Source: Gammaproteobacteria bacterium
Lineage (GTDB): Bacteria; Pseudomonadota; Gammaproteobacteria; JAADJB01
Direction of reading: 5' to 3'
Length of the DNA: 64,000 nucleotides
Assembly: GCA_013151035.1 (NCBI GenBank)
Contig: JAADJB010000009.1
Coordinates: 338 to 64,337, forward strand
Shown piece by piece: positions 41,655 through 55,277 of this stretch. Within the stretch, counting starts at the first letter, position 1. Every line of letters starts with the position of its first letter. Below the pieces are notes generated by a model. It saw only the letters and a program-made list of their open reading frames with translations, was not told the DNA's origin and searched no databases. A program made the translations under genes and the position numbers.

Positions 41655-41706
41655 TGGTGCGTGGTACGCACCCTACCGCTGGTATCCCCACCTGTGCGGG
41701 GATGAC
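41655..41706. repeat. Composite REP-like site (GTAG-type and GTCAT-type palindromes)
   Basis: TGGTGCGTGGTACGCACCCTAC then TGGTATCCCCACCTGTGCGGGGATGAC. Confidence 0.8.
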
Positions 41707-41712
41707 ACACCA

Positions 41713-43170
41713 TCATTCGAAACCTTTTGGAATCTGTGTATGCCAATCGGTCTGTTGCTGAAACTGATGCGCCACATTCAATAATTTTGCCTCGGCAAAG
41801 TAATCACCAATAATCTGTAGACCCACCGGCATATCATTGGCAAAACCAGCAGGAATCGACACCCCCGGCACCCCGGCCAGATTCACGGCAATGGTGTATA
41901 TATCAGAAAGATACATGGTGACCGGATCATCCTTCTTTTCACCCACGCCAAAGGCTGTGTCCGGGGTGGTTGGACCCATGATGACATCTACCTCGGACAG
42001 TGCCTGCCGAAAATCATCACGAATCAGACGACGCACCTTCTGCGCCTTCAGATAATAGGCATCATAGTAACCAGCTGATAGGGCATAGGTACCAATCATA
42101 ATACGACGTTTGACTTCATCACCAAAACCCTCCTCACGCGAGCGTTTGTAAAGGTCTTCCAGATCCTGAGGTGCATCACAACGATGACCAAAACGCGCCC
42201 CGTCAAAACGCGACAGGTTGGATGAACACTCAGCCGGTGCCACCACATAATATACGGGTACTGCCAGATGAGTATTAGGCAAACTAATCTCGACAATCTC
42301 CGCACCCAGACTCTTATAGACATCAATCGCCTGTTCAATTACCTGAGCCACATCAGCTTCCAGACCTTCACCAAAATATTCCTTTGGCAAGCCAATCTTC
42401 AAGCCCTTGAGGGATTGATTCAGGTCAGCCGAATAATCATCCACGGCACGATCCACACTGGTTGAGTCACGTCGATCAAAACCTGCCATTGCCTGCATCA
42501 AGGCGGCTGCATCTTCGGCAGAACGTGCCATCGGGCCGCCCTGATCCAGACTGGAGGCAAAGGCGATCATGCCATAACGAGATACCCGCCCATAGGTAGG
42601 CTTAAGCCCCGTCAAACCACATAATGCCGCTGGCTGACGAATCGAACCTCCGGTATCGGTGCCCGTTGCAAGTGGTGCCAGACGTGCGGCAACCGCTGCC
42701 GCTGAGCCACCGGAGGAACCACCCGGCACGGCATCCAGCCGCCAGGGGTTTTTCACCGCACCATAAAAACTGGTTTCATTACTGGAACCCATGGCAAATT
42801 CATCCATGTTGGTCTTGCCCAGCATAACTGCACCCGCTGCATTTAACTGTTGCGTCACGGTCGCATCATAAGGCGAGATAAAGTTATCCAGCATCTTCGA
42901 ACCACAACTGGTCCGTACCCCCTGGGTACAAAAGATATCCTTATGGGCATAGGGAATCCCGGTTAAATAATCAGTCTCACCCTTATGAATGCGCTCATCA
43001 GCCTGCCTGGCAGCAGCTAACGCCTGATCCCCGGTCACCGTAATAAAACTATTAATCCGGGCATCCAAGCTAGCGATACGATCCAGATAGGCCTGAGTCA
43101 ACTCGACACTGGAGAAATCTCCCGCTTTAAGCCCCGCCACTAATTCAACAACACTTTTTGTATACATCAC
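41713..43170 (-). CDS. gatA: Asp/Glu-tRNA amidotransferase subunit A
   Basis: [32 protein letters not shown]. Confidence 0.98.
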   Translation of the reverse strand: MMYTKSVVELVAGLKAGDFSSVELTQAYLDRIASLDARINSFITVTGDQALAAARQADERIHKGETDYLTGIPYAHKDIFCTQGVRTSCGSKMLDNFISPYDATVTQQLNAAGAVMLGKTNMDEFAMGSSNETSFYGAVKNPWRLDAVPGGSSGGSAAAVAARLAPLATGTDTGGSIRQPAALCGLTGLKPTYGRVSRYGMIAFASSLDQGGPMARSAEDAAALMQAMAGFDRRDSTSVDRAVDDYSADLNQSLKGLKIGLPKEYFGEGLEADVAQVIEQAIDVYKSLGAEIVEISLPNTHLAVPVYYVVAPAECSSNLSRFDGARFGHRCDAPQDLEDLYKRSREEGFGDEVKRRIMIGTYALSAGYYDAYYLKAQKVRRLIRDDFRQALSEVDVIMGPTTPDTAFGVGEKKDDPVTMYLSDIYTIAVNLAGVPGVSIPAGFANDMPVGLQIIGDYFAEAKLLNVAHQFQQQTDWHTQIPKGFE

Positions 43171-43454
43171 TCGATAACCCTCGGCACCAGATAGAGTCCC
43201 GCTTCAACCTGTGGTGCAATGACCTGAAATTCTTCACGATGATTACCCTCGGTCACCTTGTCCTCACGCAATAGTTGTACCGCATCCAGCGGGTGCGACA
43301 TCGGTTCGACATCATCCGTCGCCACATTTTCCAGTTGTTCGACAAAGGCCAGGATATCGGACAGGTTCCTGGCATAGTCCGGGACATCGGCATCATTGAT
43401 GCCAAGGCGTGCCAAATGAGCAATCTTGTTAATATCGGATGAATCCAAAGCCAT
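43167..43454 (-). CDS. gatC: Asp/Glu-tRNA amidotransferase subunit C
   Basis: [21 protein letters not shown]. Confidence 0.97.
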   Translation of the reverse strand: MALDSSDINKIAHLARLGINDADVPDYARNLSDILAFVEQLENVATDDVEPMSHPLDAVQLLREDKVTEGNHREEFQVIAPQVEAGLYLVPRVIE

Positions 43455-43533
43455 GTGTATTCCTTAAGCGTTTCACTAATAACGGGCTATTATGCCATTT
43501 TACGTAAATTATACCTAATTAATACCTTGCTGA

Positions 43534-44646
<1,113 letters not shown>

Positions 44647-44662
44647 CGGAACAGTGGAATAA

Positions 44663-45508
44663 TTGAAACTCCTGTTCTCACAAGGTCCCGCGCTTACCAC
44701 ACGCCTGGTCGTTTTTGTCCTTATCTCCCTTATCCTGATGACGGTTGACCACCGTCAACAACACCTGGAGACACTACGCAGCAAACTTTCCATTATCGCT
44801 TATCCAATGCAATGGCTGGTTGATTTACCCACCACGGCAAGTGAGTGGATTGAAGAAACCCTGGTCAGCCGCCGTACCCTGGCTGACGAAAACACCCGCC
44901 TCAAGACCCAGAACCTGCTATTACAGGCACAACGACAAAAACTCGATGCGCTGGAGGCAGAGAACCAACGTCTGCGTAGCTTGCTCGATTCCTCATTCAA
45001 GATCAGCGACCGGGTACTTATCGCAGAATTACTCTCTGTTGACCTCGACCCCTATCGCCATCAAATACTATTAAATAAGGGCAGCAATGATGGTGTCTAT
45101 GCAGGGCAAGCCCTGATTGATGCCCAGGGCATTATGGGGCAGATCATCCACATCGGCCCCTTTAGTGCCAGCGCCATGCTCATTACTGATCCCGCTCACG
45201 CCATCCCGGTACAGGTCAACCGTAACGGTTTACGCACCATTGCCCTTGGTACCGGCAACCTGGATCGTCTCAATCTACCTCATCTACCCAATAATGCTGA
45301 TATTAAAATTGGTGACCTATTGGTCAGTTCAGGGCTGGGTGGTCGCTTCCCCCCCGGTTATCCTGTCGCCCGCATCACCCGCATCAAACAACATCCCGGA
45401 CAAGCCTTTGCTGAGGTCAGTGCCCTGCCACTCGCACGTTTAAACCGCAGCCGTGAAGTGCTACTGGTATGGCAACAGGATAAACCGGCAGAGGACATAC
45501 AGCCATGA
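44663..45508 (+). CDS. mreC: Rod shape-determining protein MreC
   Basis: TM, coiled coil ENQRLRSLL, SGLGGRFP.GYPV. Confidence 0.96.
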   Translation: MKLLFSQGPALTTRLVVFVLISLILMTVDHRQQHLETLRSKLSIIAYPMQWLVDLPTTASEWIEETLVSRRTLADENTRLKTQNLLLQAQRQKLDALEAENQRLRSLLDSSFKISDRVLIAELLSVDLDPYRHQILLNKGSNDGVYAGQALIDAQGIMGQIIHIGPFSASAMLITDPAHAIPVQVNRNGLRTIALGTGNLDRLNLPHLPNNADIKIGDLLVSSGLGGRFPPGYPVARITRIKQHPGQAFAEVSALPLARLNRSREVLLVWQQDKPAEDIQP

Positions 45509-45993
45509 TACGCAGCCAACATCATGGCGGTCGTATTATCCTGCTGAGCCTACTGACTGCATTATTACTGAGTATTACCCCATTACCAGAGACACTACAG
45601 GTCTTTCGACCCGACTGGGTTGCCCTGACCCTGCTGTACTGGTGTCTTGCTCTGCCACAACGTATTGGCGTGGGTATTGCCTGGATAACAGGTCTACTAC
45701 AAGATGTGTTAATTGGCAGTCTGCTGGGGCAACATGCACTCATACTCGCCTTAATTGCCTATATTGTGCTCCGTTTTCATCAGCGTATCCGCCCCTTTCC
45801 GCCCTGGCAACAGGCTATTATTGTTGCCTTATTACTCCTGCTTACCCAACTGATCACATTATGGATTAATGGCATTATAGGACGCTCACTCAATAGTTGG
45901 TCTTACTGGCTGCCGAGCGTCACCGGCACCCTGCTATGGCCTGTTATATTTTATCTACTGCGTAAGATAAGACGCTGGTTTCATGTAAAATAG
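45505..45993 (+). CDS. mreD: Rod shape-determining protein MreD
   Basis: RPDW..L.L.YW, GLLQD..GS.LGQHAL. Confidence 0.95.
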   Translation: MIRSQHHGGRIILLSLLTALLLSITPLPETLQVFRPDWVALTLLYWCLALPQRIGVGIAWITGLLQDVLIGSLLGQHALILALIAYIVLRFHQRIRPFPPWQQAIIVALLLLLTQLITLWINGIIGRSLNSWSYWLPSVTGTLLWPVIFYLLRKIRRWFHVK

Positions 45994-46029
45994 ACATCAA
46001 TTCAAGCCCACGAATTCAAGTCAGATACC

Positions 46030-47871
46030 ATGCCAAGTCCTACTAAAATAAAAAACCATTTTCTGGAGAATCGTTTATTCCTTAACCGGGTATTCATCGC
46101 CCTGATTATTGGCGGCATACTTATTTTACTTCTCATATGGCGACTCATCTATCTACAAGTCATCGCACACGAACACTTCACTACCCTGGCGAACAATAAC
46201 CGTATCAAGATCAGTGCGGTACCACCTAATCGCGGGCTTATTTATGACCGTAACGGGGTATTAATGGCAACCAACCTACCCGCCTATCGTTTACAAATCA
46301 CCCCGGAACAGGTCAAGGATATGGATACGACCCTCAACGCCTTGTCTGGAATCCTGGAAATATCAACTCGCGATCTCAAGCGTTTCCAGCGTCTACGTAA
46401 ACGCTCACATGAATTTGAGGCTATCCCTCTGCTGTTTAATCTCACTAGCCAGGAGGTTGCCACATTTGCTGTCAACCGTCACCGCTTCCCGGGGGTTGAT
46501 GTTGAGGCCGTACTGACCCGACATTATCCCCAGGATAAACGTAGTGCTCATATCCTGGGCTACGTTGGACGCATTGATGAACGCGAACAACAACAACTGG
46601 ATGCCGTCAACTATCGAGGCACCAGTCATGTCGGCAAAACCGGTATCGAAAAGACCTACGAGTCCTTATTGCATGGCAAGGTTGGTTATCGACAAACCGA
46701 GACCACTGCCAGCGGGCGCGTCTTACGCACCCTCAGCACCCAACCACCGGAGCCGGGTCGTGATATCTACCTTAGTATTGATACCGTCTTACAGAATGTC
46801 GCTGAGGATGCCTTTAATGATTACAATGGTGCCGCTGTTGCGATGGATATAGAAAGCGGTGAGATCCTGGCAATGGTCAGCATGCCCACCTATAACCTCA
46901 ACAGCTTCGTCAATGGCATCAGCTATCAGGACTATCAAACGCTCACACAGAATGAAAACCAACCCCTATTCAACCGTGCCCTGCGCGGACAGTACCCCCC
47001 AGGCTCTACACTAAAACCCTTTATTGGACTTGCCGGACTGGAGTTGGGTATTACCAACGAACACAGTAAGACCTTCTGTCCGGGGTTTTATACTTTGCCC
47101 AACAGCCGCCGTAAGTACCGTGACTGGAAGCGCAGAGGGCATGGTACCGTTGATATTACCAAGGCCATTGCTCAATCCTGTGATGTCTATTTCTATGATC
47201 TCGCACGTTCCATGGGCATCGACAAGATCCATGATTATCTGACTCTGTTTGGTTTTGGTAAAAAGACCGGGGTTGATATCAATGGTGAATTGCCCGGGCT
47301 ATTACCCTCAAGGGAATGGAAACGTCGCACAAAGAATAAATCATGGTATCCGGGTGAGACCCTGATCAGTGGTATCGGACAAGGCTTTAATCTTGTTACA
47401 CCAATACAACTGGTCACCGCCACCGCTACTCTGGCACGTCATGGTAAACATATCCGCCCAAGTTTGGTTCATGCCACTCGTGGCAAAGGTAATGCTCCCT
47501 TACTACTGGCACAACAACCCATTGGTGAATCAATCAGGATATATAACCATAAGAACTGGCAACGTATTATCGAGGCGATGACCAAGGTTACCCATGGTGC
47601 GCACGGTACCGCTCGGCGTATTGGCCGTAATGCCCCCTACAAGATGGCCGCCAAGACCGGTACCGCCCAGGTCTTTGGACTCAAGGCAGAAGAAAAATAT
47701 GAAGCAAAGAAACTGGCAAAAAAACTCCATGACCATGCCTTATTTATTGCCTTTGCCCCGGTTGATAAACCTCGTATTGCCGTTGCTGTAATTGTTGAAC
47801 ACGGAGGTTCAGGTGGTTCAGTTGCCGGGCCGATTGCAAGAAAAATACTGGATGCCTATCTAATCAAATGA
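46030..47871 (+). CDS. mrdA: Penicillin-binding protein 2
   Basis: STLK (SxxK), SCD, KTGTAQ. Confidence 0.97.
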   Translation: MPSPTKIKNHFLENRLFLNRVFIALIIGGILILLLIWRLIYLQVIAHEHFTTLANNNRIKISAVPPNRGLIYDRNGVLMATNLPAYRLQITPEQVKDMDTTLNALSGILEISTRDLKRFQRLRKRSHEFEAIPLLFNLTSQEVATFAVNRHRFPGVDVEAVLTRHYPQDKRSAHILGYVGRIDEREQQQLDAVNYRGTSHVGKTGIEKTYESLLHGKVGYRQTETTASGRVLRTLSTQPPEPGRDIYLSIDTVLQNVAEDAFNDYNGAAVAMDIESGEILAMVSMPTYNLNSFVNGISYQDYQTLTQNENQPLFNRALRGQYPPGSTLKPFIGLAGLELGITNEHSKTFCPGFYTLPNSRRKYRDWKRRGHGTVDITKAIAQSCDVYFYDLARSMGIDKIHDYLTLFGFGKKTGVDINGELPGLLPSREWKRRTKNKSWYPGETLISGIGQGFNLVTPIQLVTATATLARHGKHIRPSLVHATRGKGNAPLLLAQQPIGESIRIYNHKNWQRIIEAMTKVTHGAHGTARRIGRNAPYKMAAKTGTAQVFGLKAEEKYEAKKLAKKLHDHALFIAFAPVDKPRIAVAVIVEHGGSGGSVAGPIARKILDAYLIK

Positions 47872-48992
47872 ACATACACTCCGCACAAAATTTTCATGAA
47901 AGACCCGCTCCGGGCTGGCAACAACGTCTGCATATTGATTCGCCCCTGCTATTAGGTCTTATTGTATTATGTAGCCTGGGTCTACTGGTACTCTATAGTG
48001 CCAGCAGCCAGGATATGGGGCATACCTTACGCCAACTGACACGCCTGGGGATTGCCTTCACCGTACTCTTTGTTGTAGCCCAGGTGCCACCTTCTCTATT
48101 ACAACGCTGGACCCCCTGGCTCTACGCCAGCGGACTTATTATGCTGGCAATCGTACCCTTGATGGGTGATATCGGTAAGGGAGCACAGCGCTGGCTGGAT
48201 CTAGGCTTTATTCGTTTCCAGCCATCGGAGATTATGAAGCTCACAGTACCCATGATGGTCGCTTGCTATCTCGCCGAGGCACATCTACCACCGGCACCTA
48301 AACGCCTAATCATTGCAGGTCTGATTATTATTGTCCCGGTCGTCCTGATTGCCATGCAACCCGATCTGGGCACCTCCCTGCTCATTGGCAGCGCCGGTTT
48401 CTTTGTACTGTTCCTCGCCGGTATGAGCTGGCGCATCCTCGGCAGCATGTTCTTTCTCGCTGCCGCAGGGGCCCCCGTTCTATGGCACTTCATGCATGAT
48501 TACCAACGTCAAAGAGTCATTACCTTCCTCAACCCTGAACAGGACCCTTTGGGCTCGGGCTATCACATTATCCAGTCCAAGATTGCCATTGGCTCCGGTG
48601 GCATCTATGGCAAGGGATGGCTCAATGGTACTCAGGCACAACTCGACTTTTTACCCGAACGTTCAACTGACTTTATCTTCGCCGTGCTGGGCGAAGAGGC
48701 CGGTCTGATGGGGATATTAGTGTTATTATTTATCTACGGATTTATCATCGTCCGTAGCCTGTTTATCTCGACCCAGGCACAGGACACCTTCACACGCCTG
48801 TTAGGTGGCAGCCTGGCACTCACTTTCCTGATCTATATCATTGTTAATACCGGCATGGTCACTGGTCTTCTTCCCGTGGTTGGTCTACCCTTACCCCTAA
48901 TTAGTTATGGCGGTACATCTATGGTGACCTTAATGGCAGGGTTCGGTATTCTTATGTCTATTCACACACATCGCAAACTTCTACCAGCATAG
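47868..48992 (+). CDS. rodA: Peptidoglycan glycosyltransferase RodA
   Basis: GAQRW, QPSE, QPDLGT, TDFIF, SYGGTS. Confidence 0.97.
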   Translation: MNIHSAQNFHERPAPGWQQRLHIDSPLLLGLIVLCSLGLLVLYSASSQDMGHTLRQLTRLGIAFTVLFVVAQVPPSLLQRWTPWLYASGLIMLAIVPLMGDIGKGAQRWLDLGFIRFQPSEIMKLTVPMMVACYLAEAHLPPAPKRLIIAGLIIIVPVVLIAMQPDLGTSLLIGSAGFFVLFLAGMSWRILGSMFFLAAAGAPVLWHFMHDYQRQRVITFLNPEQDPLGSGYHIIQSKIAIGSGGIYGKGWLNGTQAQLDFLPERSTDFIFAVLGEEAGLMGILVLLFIYGFIIVRSLFISTQAQDTFTRLLGGSLALTFLIYIIVNTGMVTGLLPVVGLPLPLISYGGTSMVTLMAGFGILMSIHTHRKLLPA

Positions 48993-49001
48993 GGCACATT
49001 C

Positions 49002-49997
49002 ATGAAAATCTTTTTCCTTATCAGCGGACTACTATTGCTACCATTAACCAGCAATGCCGATCAGCTCATTAGTCAACAGGCTGGCTTCACGCCCTTTATT
49101 GAGCGTATGGTAAAACAGCATCACTTTGAACGTGAACCTTTGATCCATCTATTCAAGGGCATTAAGGTACGAGAGGATATCCTCAAGGCAATCTCCCGTC
49201 CGGCAGAGAAAAGTAAAGAATGGTTTGAATACCGACCGATCTTCATCAAGGAATCACGCATCAAGGGCGGGGTTGAGTTCTGGAACAAGCATGAAAAAAT
49301 ACTGCAACAAGCGGCTCAAAAATACGGTGTAGATCCACAGATTATTGTTGCCATTATTGGCGTAGAGACACTCTATGGTCAACGGACCGGACGTAATCGA
49401 GTCATTGAATCCCTTAGCACCATTGCCTTCGCTTACCCCAAACGCAGCAAGTTTTTCACCCGTGAGCTGGAACACTTTTTACTCCTCACTCGTGAGGAGA
49501 ATATTGACCCCGCCAAGGCCAAGGGCTCTTATGCTGGCGCCATGGGGCAATCACAGTTTATATCCAGCAGTTACCGACACTATGCCATTGATGCGGATGG
49601 TGATGGTCAGAGAGATTTATGGAATAGCCCACACGATATCATTGCCAGCGTTGCCAATTACTTCAAGAAACACGGCTGGAAGGCCGGCGAGCCGATCACC
49701 AGTCGCGCCACTGTTCAGGGTGATGGCTACACCCATTTCCTTAACAAAAAACTCAAGCCCGAGGCCGATCTATCCGAGATGTTACGTCACGGCATAAGCA
49801 CCGATGATCAACTGAACCCTCAGCAGAAAGCTAAACTCATTGAGTTCAAATTAAAACAAGGGCTGGAATACTGGGTCGCTCTGCATAATTTTTATGTCAT
49901 CACACGCTACAATCACAGCAGTATGTATGCCATGGCCGTTTATCAACTGAGTGAAGCCATTCGTCAACGCAGGGCCCATCATTCGGATCAAACATGA
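49002..49997 (+). CDS. mltB: Lytic murein transglycosylase B
   Basis: IIGVET, GSYAGAMG..QF, SVANY, ITRYNHS. Confidence 0.95.
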   Translation: MKIFFLISGLLLLPLTSNADQLISQQAGFTPFIERMVKQHHFEREPLIHLFKGIKVREDILKAISRPAEKSKEWFEYRPIFIKESRIKGGVEFWNKHEKILQQAAQKYGVDPQIIVAIIGVETLYGQRTGRNRVIESLSTIAFAYPKRSKFFTRELEHFLLLTREENIDPAKAKGSYAGAMGQSQFISSSYRHYAIDADGDGQRDLWNSPHDIIASVANYFKKHGWKAGEPITSRATVQGDGYTHFLNKKLKPEADLSEMLRHGISTDDQLNPQQKAKLIEFKLKQGLEYWVALHNFYVITRYNHSSMYAMAVYQLSEAIRQRRAHHSDQT

Positions 49998-50413
49998 ACC
50001 AATTGCTATCCCTGGTAGAGTCCCCGTCACATCCGGACTTTTCCAGCTTGTATCAACGCCTGGATATTCAACAGACACGCCACAATTCCAGCCGCAAGGC
50101 CATGGGCGCATTAAAAAAGACAAAACCTGATATTGTCGTCGCTGAGTTTTTTTATGGCTTTGGTAATAACTACGCCGGAGTCAATGTCTGTAATCTTGAT
50201 GTCTTTCTATCCAGCCTGCAAAAATATGCCCCCGATGCACGCGTCATTATCCTGGTGAGTCGTCAGGAACAACAATATGTGTCACTGCTACAGGAATTGT
50301 TTCCTATCCATGCGATATTGGCTCATCCTGTGACTGAGCAACAGATGGAAGAAAAGTTGGTGCGTGCCAATAGTACAGAATGGTGCGCAGTGCGCACCCT
50401 ACACGAACGGTAG
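49994..50413 (+). CDS. Hypothetical receiver-like protein lacking the phospho-Asp
   Basis: KPDIVVAEF...ARVIIL...HPVT pattern resembles a CheY fold; overlaps the mltB stop. Confidence 0.65.
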   Translation: MNQLLSLVESPSHPDFSSLYQRLDIQQTRHNSSRKAMGALKKTKPDIVVAEFFYGFGNNYAGVNVCNLDVFLSSLQKYAPDARVIILVSRQEQQYVSLLQELFPIHAILAHPVTEQQMEEKLVRANSTEWCAVRTLHER

Positions 50414-50434
50414 GGTGCGTACCACGCACCCTAC
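50381..50434. repeat. GTAG-type REP doublet
   Basis: TGGTGCGCAGTGCGCACCCTAC and GTAGGGTGCGT-ACC-ACGCACCCTAC. Confidence 0.8.
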
Positions 50435-50484
50435 CCCTTTGCGTTATAATGACAACATTAACCAGTCAGAGAAGAGACACCTGA

Positions 50485-52708
<2,224 letters not shown>

Positions 52709-52710
<2 letters not shown>

Positions 52711-52733
52711 AACCGGGGACAGACCACGGTTTT
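52709..52733. repeat. GGGGACAGACC-type palindromic repeat
   Basis: AAAACCGGGGACAGACCACGGTTTT; 17 bp are an inverted match to the 54334 repeats. Confidence 0.75.
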
Positions 52734-52741
52734 TCCCCAGC

Positions 52742-54304
52742 TTACGCCCTGTTTACGGTTGATAATATCTTGTTAATATTTAAGATCTGACAGGTATCAA
52801 TAGGGATGGATCGCAGGGTCTCGGCCGGTGTCAACGGGGCCGCTGTCTTCAGTTGATGTTTAAGCACATCAAGATCAGCCTCTGACGCATCATTGCCCGC
52901 TCTTTGTCGTTGACTGATACGCATAGCTAGTTCTGCTTCTGGTGCCTGACAATCCAGTATGTAGCAGGGCATACCCAGCGCCAGTGACAACTCATAAAAT
53001 AACTGACGCCTGTCCTGTTCAAGAAACGCAGCATCGACAATAACATTAAAACCCGATTGAATAGCTTTTTTAGTAATATCGAAAAGCTGTTGATAGGTCT
53101 TCTCCGTAGCTTCTTTGTTATAGATACCCGTATTAATTGATGCACCTGATGATGCTGTCTCAGCCAAACCGAATAGACGCTTGCGTTCAATATCAGAGCG
53201 TAGATGAACAGCCCCCAGCACGGGTGCCAATTGAGAGGCAATCAAGGTCTTGCCTGATCCCGATAAACCATGAGTGATCACCAACAACGGTTTTTTATGA
53301 TCAATATATTGTTTTGCCAGATCAAGATAAGAACGGAATTCATTCAATATCTGATCCCGGTCATGGGCAGACACCCCTTCCTGATGGGCGCGGATACAAT
53401 CCACCTTGGCACGCACCATCGCTCGATAGACAAGATAGAAGCGTAATACCGACAGCCCCTCATAATCACCCGTTTGCTGTAGATAATAATTGAGAAATAT
53501 CCACGCCAGTTGCGACTGCTGACGATCATCCAGATCCATAACAGTAAAGGCAATCTCACTCATCACATCAATCCAGTATAGATCGGGATTGAATTCAATG
53601 CAGTCAAAGATCAAGAGATCACCTTGATCCAGTGCGATATTATGCAGATGAAGATCGCCATGACATTCGCGGATATAGCCACCCGCCTTACGTCCTTCAA
53701 ATACCGGTCTTAATTGATCCCAGGCCTGCATCATCCATTGCCGAACAGGATCTATAACAGACTCAACCTCATCACCAATCAGGGTCTTAATCTGATCCAG
53801 ATTCTCCATACTCGGGGCAAGAATAGCCTCATTACCACCATAGCTTGAAGCACTATCTGCAACCATAATCTGCTGATGGAAGCGTGCCACCTTTTTCGCT
53901 AGCAAGCGAATATGCTCAGCTCTGAGTTCACCACGCGCAAGGCATTTATCCAGTTCATTATGCGGATTAAATTCACGCATCCTGACGGCATACTCCAACA
54001 CTTCACCATCGCCATCAAGAACAGGGCTATCCGGGTTGCCTGTTATGGCGACCACTCCCAGATAGATATCCGCAGCCAGGCAGGCATTACGCCGAACCTC
54101 TTCCTCACAATAGTGCCTACGTTTTTCCAGTGTTGAAAAATCAAGAAAGCCAAAATTAACCGGCTTTTTAATTTTGTAGGCATAGCGACCCGTGAGAATC
54201 ACCCAGGAGATATGAGTTTCAAGCACAGACAGCCCAGTGACCTCATGGGGGTAGATAGCCGGGTTTTGAAGTGACTCAATCAGCCGTGCAGCAATATTAT
54301 TCAT
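52742..54304 (-). CDS. Bifunctional aminoglycoside-phosphotransferase-like / AAA_33 P-loop kinase protein
   Basis: ETHISW, YKIKKPV, ECHGDLH, FDCIEFN; GLSGSGKT, RSDIERKRL, SEAD. Confidence 0.92.
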   Translation of the reverse strand: MNNIAARLIESLQNPAIYPHEVTGLSVLETHISWVILTGRYAYKIKKPVNFGFLDFSTLEKRRHYCEEEVRRNACLAADIYLGVVAITGNPDSPVLDGDGEVLEYAVRMREFNPHNELDKCLARGELRAEHIRLLAKKVARFHQQIMVADSASSYGGNEAILAPSMENLDQIKTLIGDEVESVIDPVRQWMMQAWDQLRPVFEGRKAGGYIRECHGDLHLHNIALDQGDLLIFDCIEFNPDLYWIDVMSEIAFTVMDLDDRQQSQLAWIFLNYYLQQTGDYEGLSVLRFYLVYRAMVRAKVDCIRAHQEGVSAHDRDQILNEFRSYLDLAKQYIDHKKPLLVITHGLSGSGKTLIASQLAPVLGAVHLRSDIERKRLFGLAETASSGASINTGIYNKEATEKTYQQLFDITKKAIQSGFNVIVDAAFLEQDRRQLFYELSLALGMPCYILDCQAPEAELAMRISQRQRAGNDASEADLDVLKHQLKTAAPLTPAETLRSIPIDTCQILNINKILSTVNRA

Positions 54305-54333
54305 GGTCTGTTGAGGATAACATATTCTTTTTA

Positions 54334-54379
54334 ATTGGGGTCTGTCCCCGGTTTTTATTGGGGTCTGTCCCCGGTTTTT
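54334..54379. repeat. Two exact tandem 23-bp repeats
   Basis: ATTGGGGTCTGTCCCCGGTTTTT x2. Confidence 0.9.
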
Positions 54380-54417
54380 CTGCTTATAGTATAATCATCC
54401 TGAATCAAGAGGACACC

Positions 54418-55227
54418 ATGCAACTAATTAGCCTATTACTGCTATCCATTTTGCTCACAGCCTGTAGTGGTAGCCGAATCTTTGAGCAACAAGATAGTGC
54501 CCCGTCACGTCATGTTGATGTTAGCAAGATCCCGGATGCCGTTCCTCGTCACGAGGCGAGGGCACGTTATGGCAACCCCTCCAGCTATGAGGTGCTAGGT
54601 AAGCGTTACCATGTAATGGATCACGCTGAGGGTTATGTCGAACGCGGCATTGCCTCCTGGTATGGCACTAAATTTCATGGTCGACTGACCTCCAGCCGTG
54701 AACCCTATGATATGTATAAGATGACAGCGGCACACAAGAGCCTGCCTCTGCCCAGTTATGTGCGGGTAACAAATCTGGATAATCAACGCTCGGTGGTGGT
54801 TCGCGTCAATGATCGTGGCCCCTTCCATGAGGGACGTATTATTGATCTATCCTATGCGGCTGCCATCAAACTCGGCATTAACAAACGAGGAACCGGTCGT
54901 GTCGAGGTACGCGCGCTGCAACCGGGTGTCCAGGAAAAAAGACATTCAGCCTATAAGGATGAAGTAACGCTGACCCCCTACACACGTAGCGGCAACATCT
55001 ACCTACAGGTGGGTGCCTTTGCCAACCAGGAAAACGCCCATCGTCTAAGATCACGTCTGCAACAGGCTGCCATCCATAATATTGTCATTCAACCCGTTAC
55101 TAACAGCCGACAGCAACGCGTGTACCGTGTTAAACTGGGGCCACTGAATAGCAACGATGCTGCTGATCGACTCACTCGTCATCTTGCTGAGTTAGGCATA
55201 CATAACCCGCATATCCTGCTTGAATAA
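54418..55227 (+). CDS. rlpA: Septal ring lytic transglycosylase RlpA
   Basis: Lipobox LTAC; ASWYG..FHG, TAAHKSLP, RVNDRGPF; C-terminal SPOR domain; GAGG RBS before 54418. Confidence 0.95.
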   Translation: MQLISLLLLSILLTACSGSRIFEQQDSAPSRHVDVSKIPDAVPRHEARARYGNPSSYEVLGKRYHVMDHAEGYVERGIASWYGTKFHGRLTSSREPYDMYKMTAAHKSLPLPSYVRVTNLDNQRSVVVRVNDRGPFHEGRIIDLSYAAAIKLGINKRGTGRVEVRALQPGVQEKRHSAYKDEVTLTPYTRSGNIYLQVGAFANQENAHRLRSRLQQAAIHNIVIQPVTNSRQQRVYRVKLGPLNSNDAADRLTRHLAELGIHNPHILLE

Positions 55228-55277
55228 GCCAAAACTGCCCCCATATATTAACCAGCCCGGAACACACCAGAAATATT

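Noticed and set aside
54334-54379. Tandem 23-bp repeat as a mini CRISPR array
   Set aside because: There is no spacer between the units, and the motif matches a dispersed palindromic family
54271-54417. N-terminal extension of rlpA in the ORF track
   Set aside because: It runs through repeats and the neighbouring gene; the RBS and lipoprotein signal point to ATG 54418
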